Part shown: in pieces, positions 26,485 through 38,900 of the stretch
Position numbering within the stretch: the stretch's first letter is position 1
Layout of the letters: the number at the start of each line of letters is the position of its first letter
Assembly: GCA_026395555.1 (NCBI GenBank)
Contig: JAPLYO010000012.1
Span: 4,817-68,816, forward strand
Reading direction: 5' to 3'
Source of the DNA: Candidatus Peregrinibacteria bacterium
Lineage (GTDB): Bacteria > Patescibacteriota > Gracilibacteria > UBA1369 > UBA12463
DNA: 64,000 bases
The notes under the pieces: model-generated
Seen by the model: the letters and a program-made list of their open reading frames with translations, nothing else
Databases searched by the model: none
What the model was told of the DNA's origin: nothing
Made by a program: the position numbers and the translations under genes

Positions 26485-28938
26485 CTACTTCATTTGTGGC
26501 TTATACTTGGGAATTTCATTATTGAAATCTCTCATCGCTGGGAATATAAGTCCTGGGAATAACACATCTCTGAAGAGTCCGAGCGAGCGATCGGCATCAT
26601 ATACGTCGTGCGACATGACTGTTTCTTGGCTTAACCAACCGATACAAAGGTTCTCTATCGTATAGAGTTGTACCTCAACTGTTTCCGTCACCATCTTGCC
26701 ATCCTTCGTTCGAATGTGATGTCTTGACCCTCGCTGACCCGCTCGATGATGCGCTGAAAGAATGGCCGTTACTGACGGTCTTTCCTTTTTTTTCAGGCGA
26801 TTATTACTCGGATCCTCCACCTTTACGGTCGTTCCACCTATTTCATTAAAAACAAAATCTAGAGCTCTTCTCCTCTGTCGATGAGCACTTCCCTTTACGG
26901 CAATACATGTTCGTGTACCGTCCGTCACCTCTCTTTCACCTTGTCGCAATTGTGATACAACTCTGGACTGGAATGTCTTCGAGTTCCATAACATTCCATT
27001 TTTTTCGAAATTTGGGCTGAAAAAATATACCGTCAAAGGCTCATCCTGATGATGAAGGGTGACTTCATATAGAGTCACCTCCTCGATTTTCTTCACTTGA
27101 TACCATTTTCCATCAATCTGACTTAATGGCTTTTCCTCGCCATCATCTTCTTCACCATCTTTCACTTCATGGTATTTGTACGTTGGTACTTTTGCCCTCA
27201 TAAAGTCGCGGAGGACCGGTTTACCAGACTCATCCACTTCCTGCAAAACTCGCCATCGGAGTTTCACCGGAACAATCTCTTCTGGAACAATTCCAAATCT
27301 CTCTCTAAATCGAGCTTCAAATGCGGCTGTTCTCTCCTCCAGCTCCTTGGTATCTCCCCCTGGTAACATGTCATGAGACTTATACCAAAACTCGAGCATC
27401 GTTCTGGCCTGATACCCCACAATGCGCTCAATCATTCCGTCTAAATCTTCGGCATTTGCTGCATACTCATGCAGCTGATACGTATCTGCAATCCACTTCC
27501 TCGCCTCGGGATTATCTTCCATAAATAATGATGGATTTTCGCACCATGCGAGAAGGTTTTTTATATTTCGCTCATTTTCGATTGTTGGAATATATACTGC
27601 CATTTGCTTCTCGGGCACCGCGTCCGGCACAAAGTGCAGCGCCTCGTCCTTGATCTTATCTATTGTTTTTTTACCCTCTTCGATTTCTCTACCAATTATT
27701 TTCCGCGCCTCAGCTACCGGCACGTTATCTAACTCCATTCTCCATAGAAGTTTTTTCTCGCCACCTTTTGCCTCTTCGACGAGCATACGAATTGGTACCA
27801 ACATCTCAGCCTTCGGAACGATAATTCGAGACATGGACTTCATGCTTACCATCGTGGTCTCTGCGAGGTCCATTTTGAACTTCGGATCTCTCTGTTCTCT
27901 GATGTCCTTGATAAAATGACGCGCGAACCAACTATGAAAACTGTTTCCATTCGTTACGCCAAATTTCGGCTCTCCTAGCGCCTCTTGTGACTTCACTCGC
28001 TGCTGTCTCCTCACCTTTTGGCGCTCTTCTCTCACCTTAAAAACCGGCTGCAACGACAAGAGTCTGTCCAGATTCTCCAGTCTGAATCCTATCTTTTCCA
28101 GATATTCAATTAATTGTTTTCGCGGTCCTTCTAATGTTAAAATTTTATCTCCCTGTTCGCCGAGCACGCGCTCAAAAAGAAAGTCCAATATTGTACGATT
28201 TTTCTTAAAAGCCTCTTCAAACTTTGCTGTACAGATGTCGCGTGTCTCCTGCGCGATCCTTTCCGTGAGATCTTCCATTATGTCTCGATCGCCCTTTATG
28301 ACATCAATGACATCAATATTCGGATATTTTTCCTGTAGCTTCTCTATAATCTCAAATACCTTTCGCTCTTCTCGCTCGGTTCCGTATACGTCGATAAATT
28401 CACCGAACTCTCGCTTCGCCCCTTCCACCTGCTCTTGATTGTCTCCTTCCGCTTTAAACGGCAGTTCGCCGGTAATTCCACCCTCTTCATTGAATCTGTG
28501 ACTTCTTCGCTCCTGCAGGCCACCAAAAAAACTCTCTAACAAGTCTCTAATAAGCTTGTTCGAGCTCGAACCGTCTGCTGCGTCTCCTCTTTCAAGGAGG
28601 TCGAGAAACTCATCAGGAAGCAGATGATGATCTCGAATTACCTCATCGACGAGATCGTTCATAATACCTTTCAGGGAAGCTCTTACATCTCCCGCTCGTC
28701 TCTTCACATTCATCGTCAATCCCTCAAAAATTCTATTTTTTCTCGCATCATCAAGCATGAGTGAGCTATAGGGCCTAAGCTCACGATCCTTGATTCTTAC
28801 TCCTGCATTGGGGGATTCCTGCTCAGTCTCGGTATCTATACTGGCCACCAACTCCTCGTCGCCCGCCGTAGATCTTGGAATGTCTGAGCTGCTTGTTGTC
28901 GCCATAAATACGTCGTTAACCATATGAGATCCTACCAA
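26485..28938 (-). CDS. Large hypothetical protein (817 aa; highly charged, no TM segment)
   Basis: Long uninterrupted ORF convergent with thrS. The first codon at 28938 is TTG; an ATG is at 28923. E/K/R-rich with a basic patch (HRQRRRAL..KKKERP..HHRAGQRGSRHH). I recognise no family. Confidence 0.7.
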   Translation of the reverse strand: MVGSHMVNDVFMATTSSSDIPRSTAGDEELVASIDTETEQESPNAGVRIKDRELRPYSSLMLDDARKNRIFEGLTMNVKRRAGDVRASLKGIMNDLVDEVIRDHHLLPDEFLDLLERGDAADGSSSNKLIRDLLESFFGGLQERRSHRFNEEGGITGELPFKAEGDNQEQVEGAKREFGEFIDVYGTEREERKVFEIIEKLQEKYPNIDVIDVIKGDRDIMEDLTERIAQETRDICTAKFEEAFKKNRTILDFLFERVLGEQGDKILTLEGPRKQLIEYLEKIGFRLENLDRLLSLQPVFKVREERQKVRRQQRVKSQEALGEPKFGVTNGNSFHSWFARHFIKDIREQRDPKFKMDLAETTMVSMKSMSRIIVPKAEMLVPIRMLVEEAKGGEKKLLWRMELDNVPVAEARKIIGREIEEGKKTIDKIKDEALHFVPDAVPEKQMAVYIPTIENERNIKNLLAWCENPSLFMEDNPEARKWIADTYQLHEYAANAEDLDGMIERIVGYQARTMLEFWYKSHDMLPGGDTKELEERTAAFEARFRERFGIVPEEIVPVKLRWRVLQEVDESGKPVLRDFMRAKVPTYKYHEVKDGEEDDGEEKPLSQIDGKWYQVKKIEEVTLYEVTLHHQDEPLTVYFFSPNFEKNGMLWNSKTFQSRVVSQLRQGEREVTDGTRTCIAVKGSAHRQRRRALDFVFNEIGGTTVKVEDPSNNRLKKKERPSVTAILSAHHRAGQRGSRHHIRTKDGKMVTETVEVQLYTIENLCIGWLSQETVMSHDVYDADRSLGLFRDVLFPGLIFPAMRDFNNEIPKYKPQMK

Positions 28939-29032
28939 CTTCTTCGTGGCCGCAATTATAACATATTTCCTGCTTTTGTGGCAAATCTGCTTTATGAACT
29001 TCGATACCCCTCATAAAGTTTAAATTTTACCC

Positions 29033-29061
29033 TTGCTTTTTTCTTGCAACATTTCTACTAT
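29033..29061 (+). promoter_or_regulatory. Putative sigma70-type promoter of the ATP synthase operon
   Basis: TTGCTT (29033-29038), a 17-nt spacer, TACTAT (29056-29061), about 40 nt upstream of the atpD ATG. Pattern match only. Confidence 0.3.
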
Positions 29062-29074
29062 CTTTCGGAACTAA

Positions 29075-30502
<1,428 letters not shown>

Positions 30503-30539
30503 TACTTTAGAAAATTTCTTTCTTCGAAAAAAATCCCCC

Positions 30540-30980
30540 ATGAAAATTCCTTTTTATCTCGTCACACCGGAAAAAATCGTCTTCCAAGAAGATGTTGAGT
30601 CGGCCACTATGCCTACGGTTGATGGAGAAATTACGGTTTTACCACATCACATCCCTCTTATTACCGCACTTGCACATGGTGTTATCCAGCTCAAAACAGC
30701 TGAAGAAACACATTATGTATCCGTTAGTCATGGTGTTGTAAAAGTTGATGCTATGGGAATCACCGTACTATCAGCACACGCCGAAAGAGCAGATGAGATG
30801 GTTATGGAACAGGTAGAAAAAGCTCTTGCCGATGCGAAGAAGCTCGCTGAGCTCAAGAAAGAAAGCGATGAGGAATATGTACAAGCTATGACCCTCGTCG
30901 CCAAAGAGAGCGCTCGACTCCATGCTCTCCGAAAACATCACACACGCATACAAGACATGTCAGGTAAATCTTCATCATAA
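30540..30980 (+). CDS. atpC: F1Fo ATP synthase subunit epsilon
   Basis: Immediately follows atpD. N-terminal beta-sandwich pattern (LVTPEKIVFQEDVESATMPTVDGEITVLPHHIPLITAL..G.I) and a C-terminal helical hairpin (EKALADAKKLAELKKESDEE). Confidence 0.85.
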   Translation: MKIPFYLVTPEKIVFQEDVESATMPTVDGEITVLPHHIPLITALAHGVIQLKTAEETHYVSVSHGVVKVDAMGITVLSAHAERADEMVMEQVEKALADAKKLAELKKESDEEYVQAMTLVAKESARLHALRKHHTRIQDMSGKSSS

Positions 30981-30989
30981 TTTGTACGA

Positions 30990-31235
30990 ATGGATAAAAA
31001 AGAGACGAAGGGAGAGCGGTCAGCGATGTGGTTAGCGTTGGATATAGCATGGGAACTCGGATACATCGTCGTCATCCCCATCGTCGTACTAGGATTCGCA
31101 GGAGCCTACGCAGATAAAAAATTCGGAACGTCGCCACTATTTCTCTTCATTGGAATCATCATCGCCTTCACCATTACCTCAATAGCAGCCTTCCGAAAGA
31201 TCAAAACCATAACTCAAGAAATTAACTCGATATAG
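30990..31235 (+). CDS. AtpZ/AtpI-like small membrane protein of the ATP synthase operon
   Basis: 81 aa with two TM helices. The pattern LALDIAWELGYIVVIPIVVLGFAGAYADKKFGTSPLFLFIGIIIAF resembles the AtpZ family. It sits directly upstream of atpB. Confidence 0.5.
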   Translation: MDKKETKGERSAMWLALDIAWELGYIVVIPIVVLGFAGAYADKKFGTSPLFLFIGIIIAFTITSIAAFRKIKTITQEINSI

Positions 31236-31236
31236 C

Positions 31237-32187
31237 ATGTCACAAGAAGTAGAAAACATTAAGGTCACTGAAACGGGAACAGTAAATGCTCCTGAAACTG
31301 CCAAGACTGAAACAGAAACGGGTTCAAAAAACTCACCCGCTGAGGCGAGCTCGTTTTCACCACCTACTATCTATTCTGAAACGGTCGGACATGTTGGAGG
31401 TTTCGAAATTCGAAATACCCTTCTTATGTCATGGATCTCGGTATTGTTCTTATGTATCGTCGCATGGAGATTTTCCCGAAAGTACATGGAGAGTGCCGTT
31501 CCTACCGGTTTCCAGAATCTCGTTGAGACGGTTATTGAGGGATTGTATGACTTCTTTCACTCGGTCACACAGGATACAAAACAGACAAAACAGTTCTTTG
31601 GTGTTTGTGCCACGATCTTCTTCTTTGTCGTCGTCTCGAACTGGTTCGGTATCTTCCCAGGAGTTGGACCGATTGGTATCTGGGAGGTCGAAGAGGGTCA
31701 CAAGATTCTTGTTCCGCTCTTTAGATCAACATTCTCTGATGTAAACATGACGCTTGCTATCGCCTTTATCTCGGTCTTCATGACTCAGGTATATGGCATG
31801 ATGAATCTCAAGTTTGGCGGATACTGGGGAAAGTTCTTCGTGAATCCCCTGAGAGATCCGATTGGATTTGCCGTTGGATTGCTTGAGCTTGTCTCTGAAT
31901 TTTCTAAGATTATCTCCTTTAGTTTCCGTCTTTATGGAAATATATTCGCGGGTGAGGTGCTGCTCGCGGTTATCGGTTTCTTGGCACCCTATCTTGCACC
32001 ATTTCCTTTTTACGGCCTTGAACTTTTCGTAGGTCTTATCCAGGGATTGGTATTCTCACTTCTTACATTGGTCTTCTTCAAAATGGGATCAACTGGTCAC
32101 GGTGAACACGACGAGGTTGCGCATACCTCAGATCCCTCAAGGGACGCTCCTGCTGGAGTGCAAAAACATGCTGTTACCGCATCATAA
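31237..32187 (+). CDS. atpB: F1Fo ATP synthase subunit a (with about 55-aa hydrophilic N-terminal extension)
   Basis: Polytopic. The conserved Arg motif SFSFRLYGNIFAGEVLL is present, and the gene has the expected operon position. Confidence 0.85.
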   Translation: MSQEVENIKVTETGTVNAPETAKTETETGSKNSPAEASSFSPPTIYSETVGHVGGFEIRNTLLMSWISVLFLCIVAWRFSRKYMESAVPTGFQNLVETVIEGLYDFFHSVTQDTKQTKQFFGVCATIFFFVVVSNWFGIFPGVGPIGIWEVEEGHKILVPLFRSTFSDVNMTLAIAFISVFMTQVYGMMNLKFGGYWGKFFVNPLRDPIGFAVGLLELVSEFSKIISFSFRLYGNIFAGEVLLAVIGFLAPYLAPFPFYGLELFVGLIQGLVFSLLTLVFFKMGSTGHGEHDEVAHTSDPSRDAPAGVQKHAVTAS

Positions 32188-32212
32188 ATTTATTATTTAA
32201 TACACCCAATTT

Positions 32213-32428
32213 ATGGATAAAAATCTTTTCGTAGCGCTTGTTATCGCTATTGGCGCAGCACTTCCAGCTTACTCAATCGGTAAGATTGGTGCACATGGTC
32301 TCGACGCTATCGGACGAAATCCAGAAGCAGCTCCAAAGGTTCAGACAGCTATGATTCTCGCTATCGCCTTCGCAGAAGCTATCGCTATTTACGCTCTCGT
32401 TGTTGCTCTTATCATCAAGTTCGTTTAA
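32213..32428 (+). CDS. atpE: F1Fo ATP synthase subunit c
   Basis: 71-aa helical hairpin: ..GLDAIGRNPEAAPKVQTAMILAIAFAEAIAIYALVVALII, with the ion-binding Glu in AFAEAIAIY. Confidence 0.9.
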   Translation: MDKNLFVALVIAIGAALPAYSIGKIGAHGLDAIGRNPEAAPKVQTAMILAIAFAEAIAIYALVVALIIKFV

Positions 32429-32495
32429 TACGACGCGAACGTAGTGAGCGTCATGCTCCCGTTCCAAATTTTCTCTTTTTTAATTATCTTTCCTC

Positions 32496-32996
32496 ATGGA
32501 ATTAATCTCAAAGTTAGGCATTAATCTCGGAATGCTTGCTGCACAGCTCGTAAACTTTCTTCTTTTACTTTTCATTCTTAAGAAGTTTGTTTATGGCCCA
32601 GTGCTCGAAAAATTAGAACAGCGTAGGAATATGATCGCTAAATCCGTTAGCGACTCCAAGGCTGCCGATGAGACACTTAAGGATATTGAAAAAGCACGTA
32701 GCGAGATGATTGAGAAGACAAAATCTCAGTCCCTTGCGATGATCGAGGCTGCTGCTGCGAGCGCTGAAGAGGCTAAAAACAGCATTACTGAGAGCGCACG
32801 CCGTGAGGCTCAGGCCATCTTTGAACAGAGTAAGCTCCAGATCGCACGAGAGAAGGAGAAGATGCTCAAGGAGGCTAGTGAAGAACTCGGAAGATTGGTC
32901 GTCAAGGCCGCCGAGAAGATCATTGAACGTGAGTTCACTCCTGAGGATCAGAAGCGACTTGCTATGCAAGCTACCGAACAGTTTGGACAGAAATAA
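32496..32996 (+). CDS. atpF: F1Fo ATP synthase subunit b
   Basis: A single N-terminal TM (LGMLAAQLVNFLLLLFILKKFVYGPV) followed by a long charged helix. Expected operon position. Confidence 0.8.
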   Translation: MELISKLGINLGMLAAQLVNFLLLLFILKKFVYGPVLEKLEQRRNMIAKSVSDSKAADETLKDIEKARSEMIEKTKSQSLAMIEAAAASAEEAKNSITESARREAQAIFEQSKLQIAREKEKMLKEASEELGRLVVKAAEKIIEREFTPEDQKRLAMQATEQFGQK

Positions 32997-33017
32997 TTTC
33001 CCCCTTAGATACTCTTC

Positions 33018-33407
33018 ATGAAACTTACCGCCAAACAGTACGCCGAAGTTCTCGTCAACGTCGTCTCAAAAGCACCTGCTGCCGCTGAACGATTCTCCGA
33101 GTCATTCTGGCTACTCTTAAAAGAAAATCGACAGGAAAAGCTTTTTAGCTCCATCATGCGTCATGCAAAAAAAATATGGAATGAAAAGCATAATATTGTC
33201 GAAGTAACAGCAACGGTCGCTGTCGCCCATGAAGAAGAGCAGCTTATCTCTCAACTTGAAAAAGTACTTGGGAAGAAAGTTCAACTTCATCTCAAGGTAG
33301 ATCCAAGTATTAAGGGCGGTATCATATTACAGGTCGATGACTCACGATATGATGCCTCTGTTTCCGGACGATTGTCGGCTCTCGCTCGACAATTTCAAGC
33401 GCTTTAA
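33018..33407 (+). CDS. atpH: F1Fo ATP synthase subunit delta (short, 129 aa)
   Basis: Lies between atpF and atpA. The C-terminal OSCP-like pattern is ..VDPSIKGGIILQVDDSRYDASVSGRLSAL. My recollection is that typical bacterial delta subunits are about 175-180 aa. Confidence 0.65.
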   Translation: MKLTAKQYAEVLVNVVSKAPAAAERFSESFWLLLKENRQEKLFSSIMRHAKKIWNEKHNIVEVTATVAVAHEEEQLISQLEKVLGKKVQLHLKVDPSIKGGIILQVDDSRYDASVSGRLSALARQFQAL

Positions 33408-33455
33408 ATTTACGAATATTTTACACCTATTTACTCTCTTTTACGCCCCTACCCT

Positions 33456-34967
33456 ATGCAAGACTCCGTACTAGACGCCCTCAAAAGGCACATTCAGGAC
33501 TTTCGATCTACCTCTACCGTTGAACACACTGGTACGGTTCTCGAGGTTGGTGATGGTATCGCTCGTTTGAGCGGCCTTAAGGACGTTAAATCGTCCGAGG
33601 TTCTCGAGTTTCCGAATGGCGTATATGGTTGGGCGCTCAACTTGGAAGAAGACACGGTAGGATGTGTTATCCTTGGTGATTCCAAGCAGGTAAAAGAAGG
33701 TGATGTCGTGAAGTCAACCGGACGGATTCTTTCTGTTCCTGTAGGCGAGGCGATGATTGGACGTGTCGTAAACGCCTTGGGTGAGCCACTCGATGGCAAG
33801 GGTGCTATCGCAAGCAAGAAACAGTACCCTGTGGAAAAAGTTGCTCCTGGTGTTATCACTCGTAAGTCTGTCGGCGTTCCGCTTCAGACCGGTATTCGTG
33901 CTATCGATGGCATGATTCCGATTGGTCGTGGTCAGCGTGAGCTCATCATTGGCGATCGTCAGACGGGAAAGACGGCTATTGCCATTGATACAATTTTGAA
34001 CCAAAAAGGAAAAGATGTGATCTGTATTTACGTAGCCATCGGCCAGAAGGAGTCAAAGATCGCTAAGATCGTTGCCGAGCTTGAGAAACATGGATCTATG
34101 GAGAACACTATTATCGTTGTCGCAGGTGCTTCTCATCCAGCTCCGTTCCAATTTCTCGCTCCGTACTCTGGTTGTGCCATTGGTGAGTACTTCGTCGATC
34201 AGGGAAAAGATGTTCTCGTCGTGTACGATGATCTTTCAAAACATGCATGGGCTTATAGACAGATTTCTCTCTTGCTCAAGCGTCCACCTGGTCGTGAGGC
34301 TTATCCTGGAGATATCTTCTACCTCCACTCCCGTTTGTTGGAGCGTGCTGTTTGTTTGAATGAGGAAAATGGTGGTGGATCGCTTACAGCGCTCCCTGTC
34401 ATCGAGACTCAGGCAGGTGATGTATCTGCTTATATTCCTACGAACGTTATCTCCATCACGGATGGTCAGATTTATTTGGAACCGGATCTCTTCTATAAGG
34501 GTATACGTCCGGCTATCAACGTAGGTCTCTCCGTTTCACGTGTAGGATCTGCCGCTCAGGTAAAGGGCATGAAGAAGGTTGCTGGTAAACTTCGACTTGA
34601 GCTCGCTCAGTATCGTGAACTTGCTGCGTTCGCGCAGTTCGGTTCCGATCTTGATGCCGCTACAAAACGACAACTTGATTTGGGTGCCCGTCTTACTGAG
34701 GTATTAAAACAAGATCAGTATGAGCCAACTCCTGTTGAGCAACAGATTACGATTATCTATGCTGCTATCAACGGTCATTTGAACGACCTAGAGACAACTG
34801 AGGTAAAGGCCTTCATGAAGGGCTTTTTCCACCACTTGTCTTCTGCTCAGAAGGTCTTCATGGATCAGTTTGCCGCCAAGCCAGAGATTACTCCGGAAAA
34901 TGAGGCAAAATTGAAGGAGATCATCAGTGGATACAAGAACGAGTTCAAGGCGAATAACGCGAAGTAA
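33456..34967 (+). CDS. atpA: F1Fo ATP synthase subunit alpha
   Basis: GDRQTGKTA Walker A; ..[39 protein letters not shown].. Confidence 0.95.
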   Translation: MQDSVLDALKRHIQDFRSTSTVEHTGTVLEVGDGIARLSGLKDVKSSEVLEFPNGVYGWALNLEEDTVGCVILGDSKQVKEGDVVKSTGRILSVPVGEAMIGRVVNALGEPLDGKGAIASKKQYPVEKVAPGVITRKSVGVPLQTGIRAIDGMIPIGRGQRELIIGDRQTGKTAIAIDTILNQKGKDVICIYVAIGQKESKIAKIVAELEKHGSMENTIIVVAGASHPAPFQFLAPYSGCAIGEYFVDQGKDVLVVYDDLSKHAWAYRQISLLLKRPPGREAYPGDIFYLHSRLLERAVCLNEENGGGSLTALPVIETQAGDVSAYIPTNVISITDGQIYLEPDLFYKGIRPAINVGLSVSRVGSAAQVKGMKKVAGKLRLELAQYRELAAFAQFGSDLDAATKRQLDLGARLTEVLKQDQYEPTPVEQQITIIYAAINGHLNDLETTEVKAFMKGFFHHLSSAQKVFMDQFAAKPEITPENEAKLKEIISGYKNEFKANNAK

Positions 34968-34995
34968 GTCCCTTACATCATTCTAATTACTACCC

Positions 34996-35916
34996 ATGGC
35001 AGGAAGTCGAGAAATACGCAGAAAAATTAAATCTATCAAGGCAACGAAACAGATTACGCGAGCTATGGAGCTCGTATCTGCCGCTAAAATGAAACGTGCG
35101 GTTAACCATGCTCTCGGCATGCGTTCGTACGCCTCAACAGCCTTGATTATTCTCTCGCATCTTGCCGATAAAACGCATCCTGATCTTCATCCATTGCTCG
35201 AGGTACGCGATGAAACGAAGCATGTTCTCGTTGTTGCCTACTCATCAGATCGTGGACTCTGTGGAAGTTTCAATGCGTTACTCTTCAAAAAAGTAGTAGA
35301 GCATGAAAAAGAGTTAAAAAAAGAAATTCCCGGAGTAGAAGTTGATTACATTGCTGTTGGAAAACGTGTAAGTGAATTTTTGGCTCGCACAGGCCGAAAT
35401 GTCATAGCTTCTTTCACGGGCATGACCAATCGCCCAACACTTGAATCCACTCTCCCTGTAGGAAAAATTGCATTGGATGCCTACCTTGAAAAACGATACG
35501 ACCGTGTCGTTCTCGTATACCAGCACTTCATCTCTGCGCTTTTCCAGAAGCCTACTGCCTTTCAGCTGCTTCCGTTCAGTACCGAAACACTCGTCGAGAT
35601 GGGCGCAGAGCTCAATCTCTTCAAACACATGAATCAAGACGTTAAAGAAGAAGGCGAGGAATATCTCTTCGAACCTTCGGCCGATGTCATTCTCGAAGAG
35701 CTCCTTCCTCAGCTGACCCAAATGCAGCTCTTCCAGGCCGTCTTAGAGACGACTGCTTCCGAACACTCAGCTCGAATGGTCGCGATGCGTGCCGCCACGG
35801 ATAGTGCCACTGAAATGATGTCAGACCTCACCCTACACTTGAACCAGGTCCGTCAGGCTGGCATCACGCGTGAAATCGCCGAAATCTCGGCTGGTAAGAT
35901 CGCGTTGGGATTGTAG
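34996..35916 (+). CDS. atpG: F1Fo ATP synthase subunit gamma
   Basis: N-terminus MAGSREIRRKIKSIKATKQITRAMELVSAAKMKRA. C-terminus ..LNQVRQAGITREIAEISAG. Confidence 0.9.
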   Translation: MAGSREIRRKIKSIKATKQITRAMELVSAAKMKRAVNHALGMRSYASTALIILSHLADKTHPDLHPLLEVRDETKHVLVVAYSSDRGLCGSFNALLFKKVVEHEKELKKEIPGVEVDYIAVGKRVSEFLARTGRNVIASFTGMTNRPTLESTLPVGKIALDAYLEKRYDRVVLVYQHFISALFQKPTAFQLLPFSTETLVEMGAELNLFKHMNQDVKEEGEEYLFEPSADVILEELLPQLTQMQLFQAVLETTASEHSARMVAMRAATDSATEMMSDLTLHLNQVRQAGITREIAEISAGKIALGL

Positions 35917-35935
35917 TGTGCTTCTTGACTTGATG

Positions 35936-38900
35936 TTATTCTCCTCCTGCTTCTGCCTGCGCAGCTGCTTTTGCTTTTGCTCTGGCTACCAAGACTGGAT
36001 CCGGAGTTCCACTGTATCCTTTGAGGTTACAGCTGTTGACGATCTTGAATAGTTCTTCTTCACCAATGGAGTTAATGGCGCTATTAAGCTCTGGACCAAA
36101 CTCCTCGATAAAATTTTCAATTTCTTTCTGACCCTTTCCGTCTTTATCCTCCGAAGCTTTTTCAATTTTTTTAAATAACAACTTCCATCTGTCGCCTCTT
36201 TCTGCTTTCGCTCCAATCTTTAAAATCATATTTCTCATCTGATCTATATGGAATTTCGATGGCGTTAATGGATCTACTACCGATCCGTCATTCTCTAAAA
36301 CGTTGTCAGAAATAACCTGCTTTTTCGTATCGCTCTTCAGGAAGCGTCCTGTAATAATTCCATCAAAATTCACGTACGAAAGAATGGCTTTTTCGAGGAG
36401 AGTTCTGTTTTTCGTTGCAGCGAGCGTTCGTGACCATTCGCTGAATCCCGGGAATACGTTGAGATATCCCGGTGGTGAGAAGTACTTCTTATCACCTGCC
36501 GATGAGCCACACATATTTCTCACCTGCCGATAATCGAGACACGGCATGAAAAAGTGAGCGTCATCATGATCCATACCCTCGGCTCCTCGCGATGCCTTCA
36601 GAGTTCTCGTCTGCGTTGTATGATGAGGCATAATTTTTTTCCAGAAGAAGTCATGTACATTTTTTCCTGGACCAAACTTCTTTTTGCTTGTGTCCGAATC
36701 ATTATCAAAAAAATTCGCCATCACCTTGAAATCGCTTACCGTGAACGTTCTATTGTAATATGGCGGGACCTGACTTTGCATCGTCGTGAGCGTCAAAGGC
36801 TTATTCTCATCCTTTGCCTGCGTGAAGAAGTCGAGCCATGGCTGCTTATTGCAAAGGCCGTTCAAATCGGCAACACGGTCAAGCGTAAGGAGATTTGTGG
36901 CTACACCCATGACGATATAATAGAGTCTATTTTCTGCGTTCGACTTCCCCTCTTCGATAGCGTATCGGATAAACTCCTCATACTTCTGCGGATCCACCTG
37001 ATTTCCTCGCATATGTTCACTTAGTAACATTTTCATGCCACCGCTCAAGCCATTTGGGTCATTCTCGAGTGCCGCAGCATCGCTTTTGTACTTGTCCAAA
37101 CCAGACTTGTACGCACCCTTGTTTTTTGCCCTCCAGGAGTCATAAAGATTATCATCTCCCCAGATATTTTCGAAGGCCTCCTTGAGGTAATCCATACCTT
37201 TTTTGGGTATGCCTGATTCACTCATGCCTACGATAGCGTACGCGTTACCATCATTTGGAATCGGGATTTTCTTATCATTTGAAAGAGCAGGAATACGGTT
37301 AATCGCCTTCCAAGTACGTACATCGTCCCATCTCATCATACCTTTCTCGGTGAGAACCTCGATACAGGCTTTGATCTGATCCTGATTTGAACTTCCGTTC
37401 AAAAGTCCACGAATTTCGAAGTCACCCATGTGTTCCATGGCATGCTTGAACTTTCCGACCTCCTCGTGTTCGGTGTCTTCCTTGATACGCAACATTTCCG
37501 TACCAATGAATGGCAGATGCGAACCGAATTTAGCGAAGCGATTTTTCATTCTACGTTCCCATGTACGATTCCAGTACTCCCAAATGTGCTTGCCGAGCTC
37601 TCCGACATCCTGAGCACTTATAAACTGCGTCTCATTCCATATGTGCATGATCGTTCCCTCATGCGGAATGGTGACGTTTGCCTTTTGCTTAGCTGCCTCT
37701 GCATCCATCCAGTCTTTTTGCTGGGCCTCCTCTGGAGTTAATGCTGGGACTGCGTGAGCACCATGAGCATCTTCCTTTGCATGAGCGTCGTGAAGGGCGT
37801 GCTCTTCCTCCTCCAGCTCCTGCATATCGGCAATCTCATCTAGCTCTCTCTCGAGTCGTTTTGCGTACCTGTCTCGCGCCTCGATGCGCTTGCTCTCTGG
37901 AATCATGGCCGTCGCAGCTGTCGCGACGACGAGTGGATCATTTGAGCGCCAGTTGGCACTCATCGCATGTCGGAGAAGCTCTGCAGGGCGGTAAGACGCC
38001 CTACTAATACGCGTCATCTCAACATCATCCCCCTTCGTAATTTCCCTTACGGTAAGTACATTTTTTTGCTCAATAGGGCCATAACTTAGTTGCCCACCTT
38101 TCTGAAAATTGACCGGTGCCGCACCTGGATTTCCATGAATGGCCTTCCAATTATTATAGGCCTCCTGCGCCTCTGTGTTGGTTTTGAGATGTGGCACAAC
38201 GCCAAATCGCTTAATCCACTGCGCAAACTCTCCATAGGTGAGTCTCTTTTTTCCAATAGGATTCGTGAGCATTTGCCCGGCCACCGTGCCGTTTTCTGGG
38301 TATACGACATTTACATCCCGATCGAGCTCAATGAACCCATCCGGATGAATTTTCGCGATTTTTGCCATATTTGTTTCGCTGCCTTCTCCTTTTTTTATTT
38401 CATACTCCAGCTCCATCCCTTCCTTGATGGGAAGCTTCATCGCATCGAACTGAATCTCGTTATCAAGCTCTCCTTTCCCGTCAATAATCTGATGAGCCTG
38501 TGTATCTACTACCCACTTTTTGAAGCGACCAAACGTCTCTCTGCCCGCCCCGGTCACTACCACAAGAGGCATGTTTTCTACATCAAACATCTCACCGTTC
38601 CACTCAATCTTTTCTCCCGTAGGTTTATCGAGATATACGCCTTGAACCTCAGTGGTTACCCACTTGCGCTCAATAGTCTTGTCGTCGCGAAGTACCTCCA
38701 TCATGTATTGAATTTTTGTTCCCGGTTTGAGATTAATTCCGGATTGCTTGCTGCAGGCCACAATGTTTTGTTTGAGACTTATGCGCTTCATCGTCTCCTC
38801 CATGCGTGGAGCGAGCTCCTTGATGGTAATGGCATCGTAATTTTTTCCAATTTTTATCTGAATATCCTGAAGGAATCGAAGTCGCTCTTCGATATGACGC

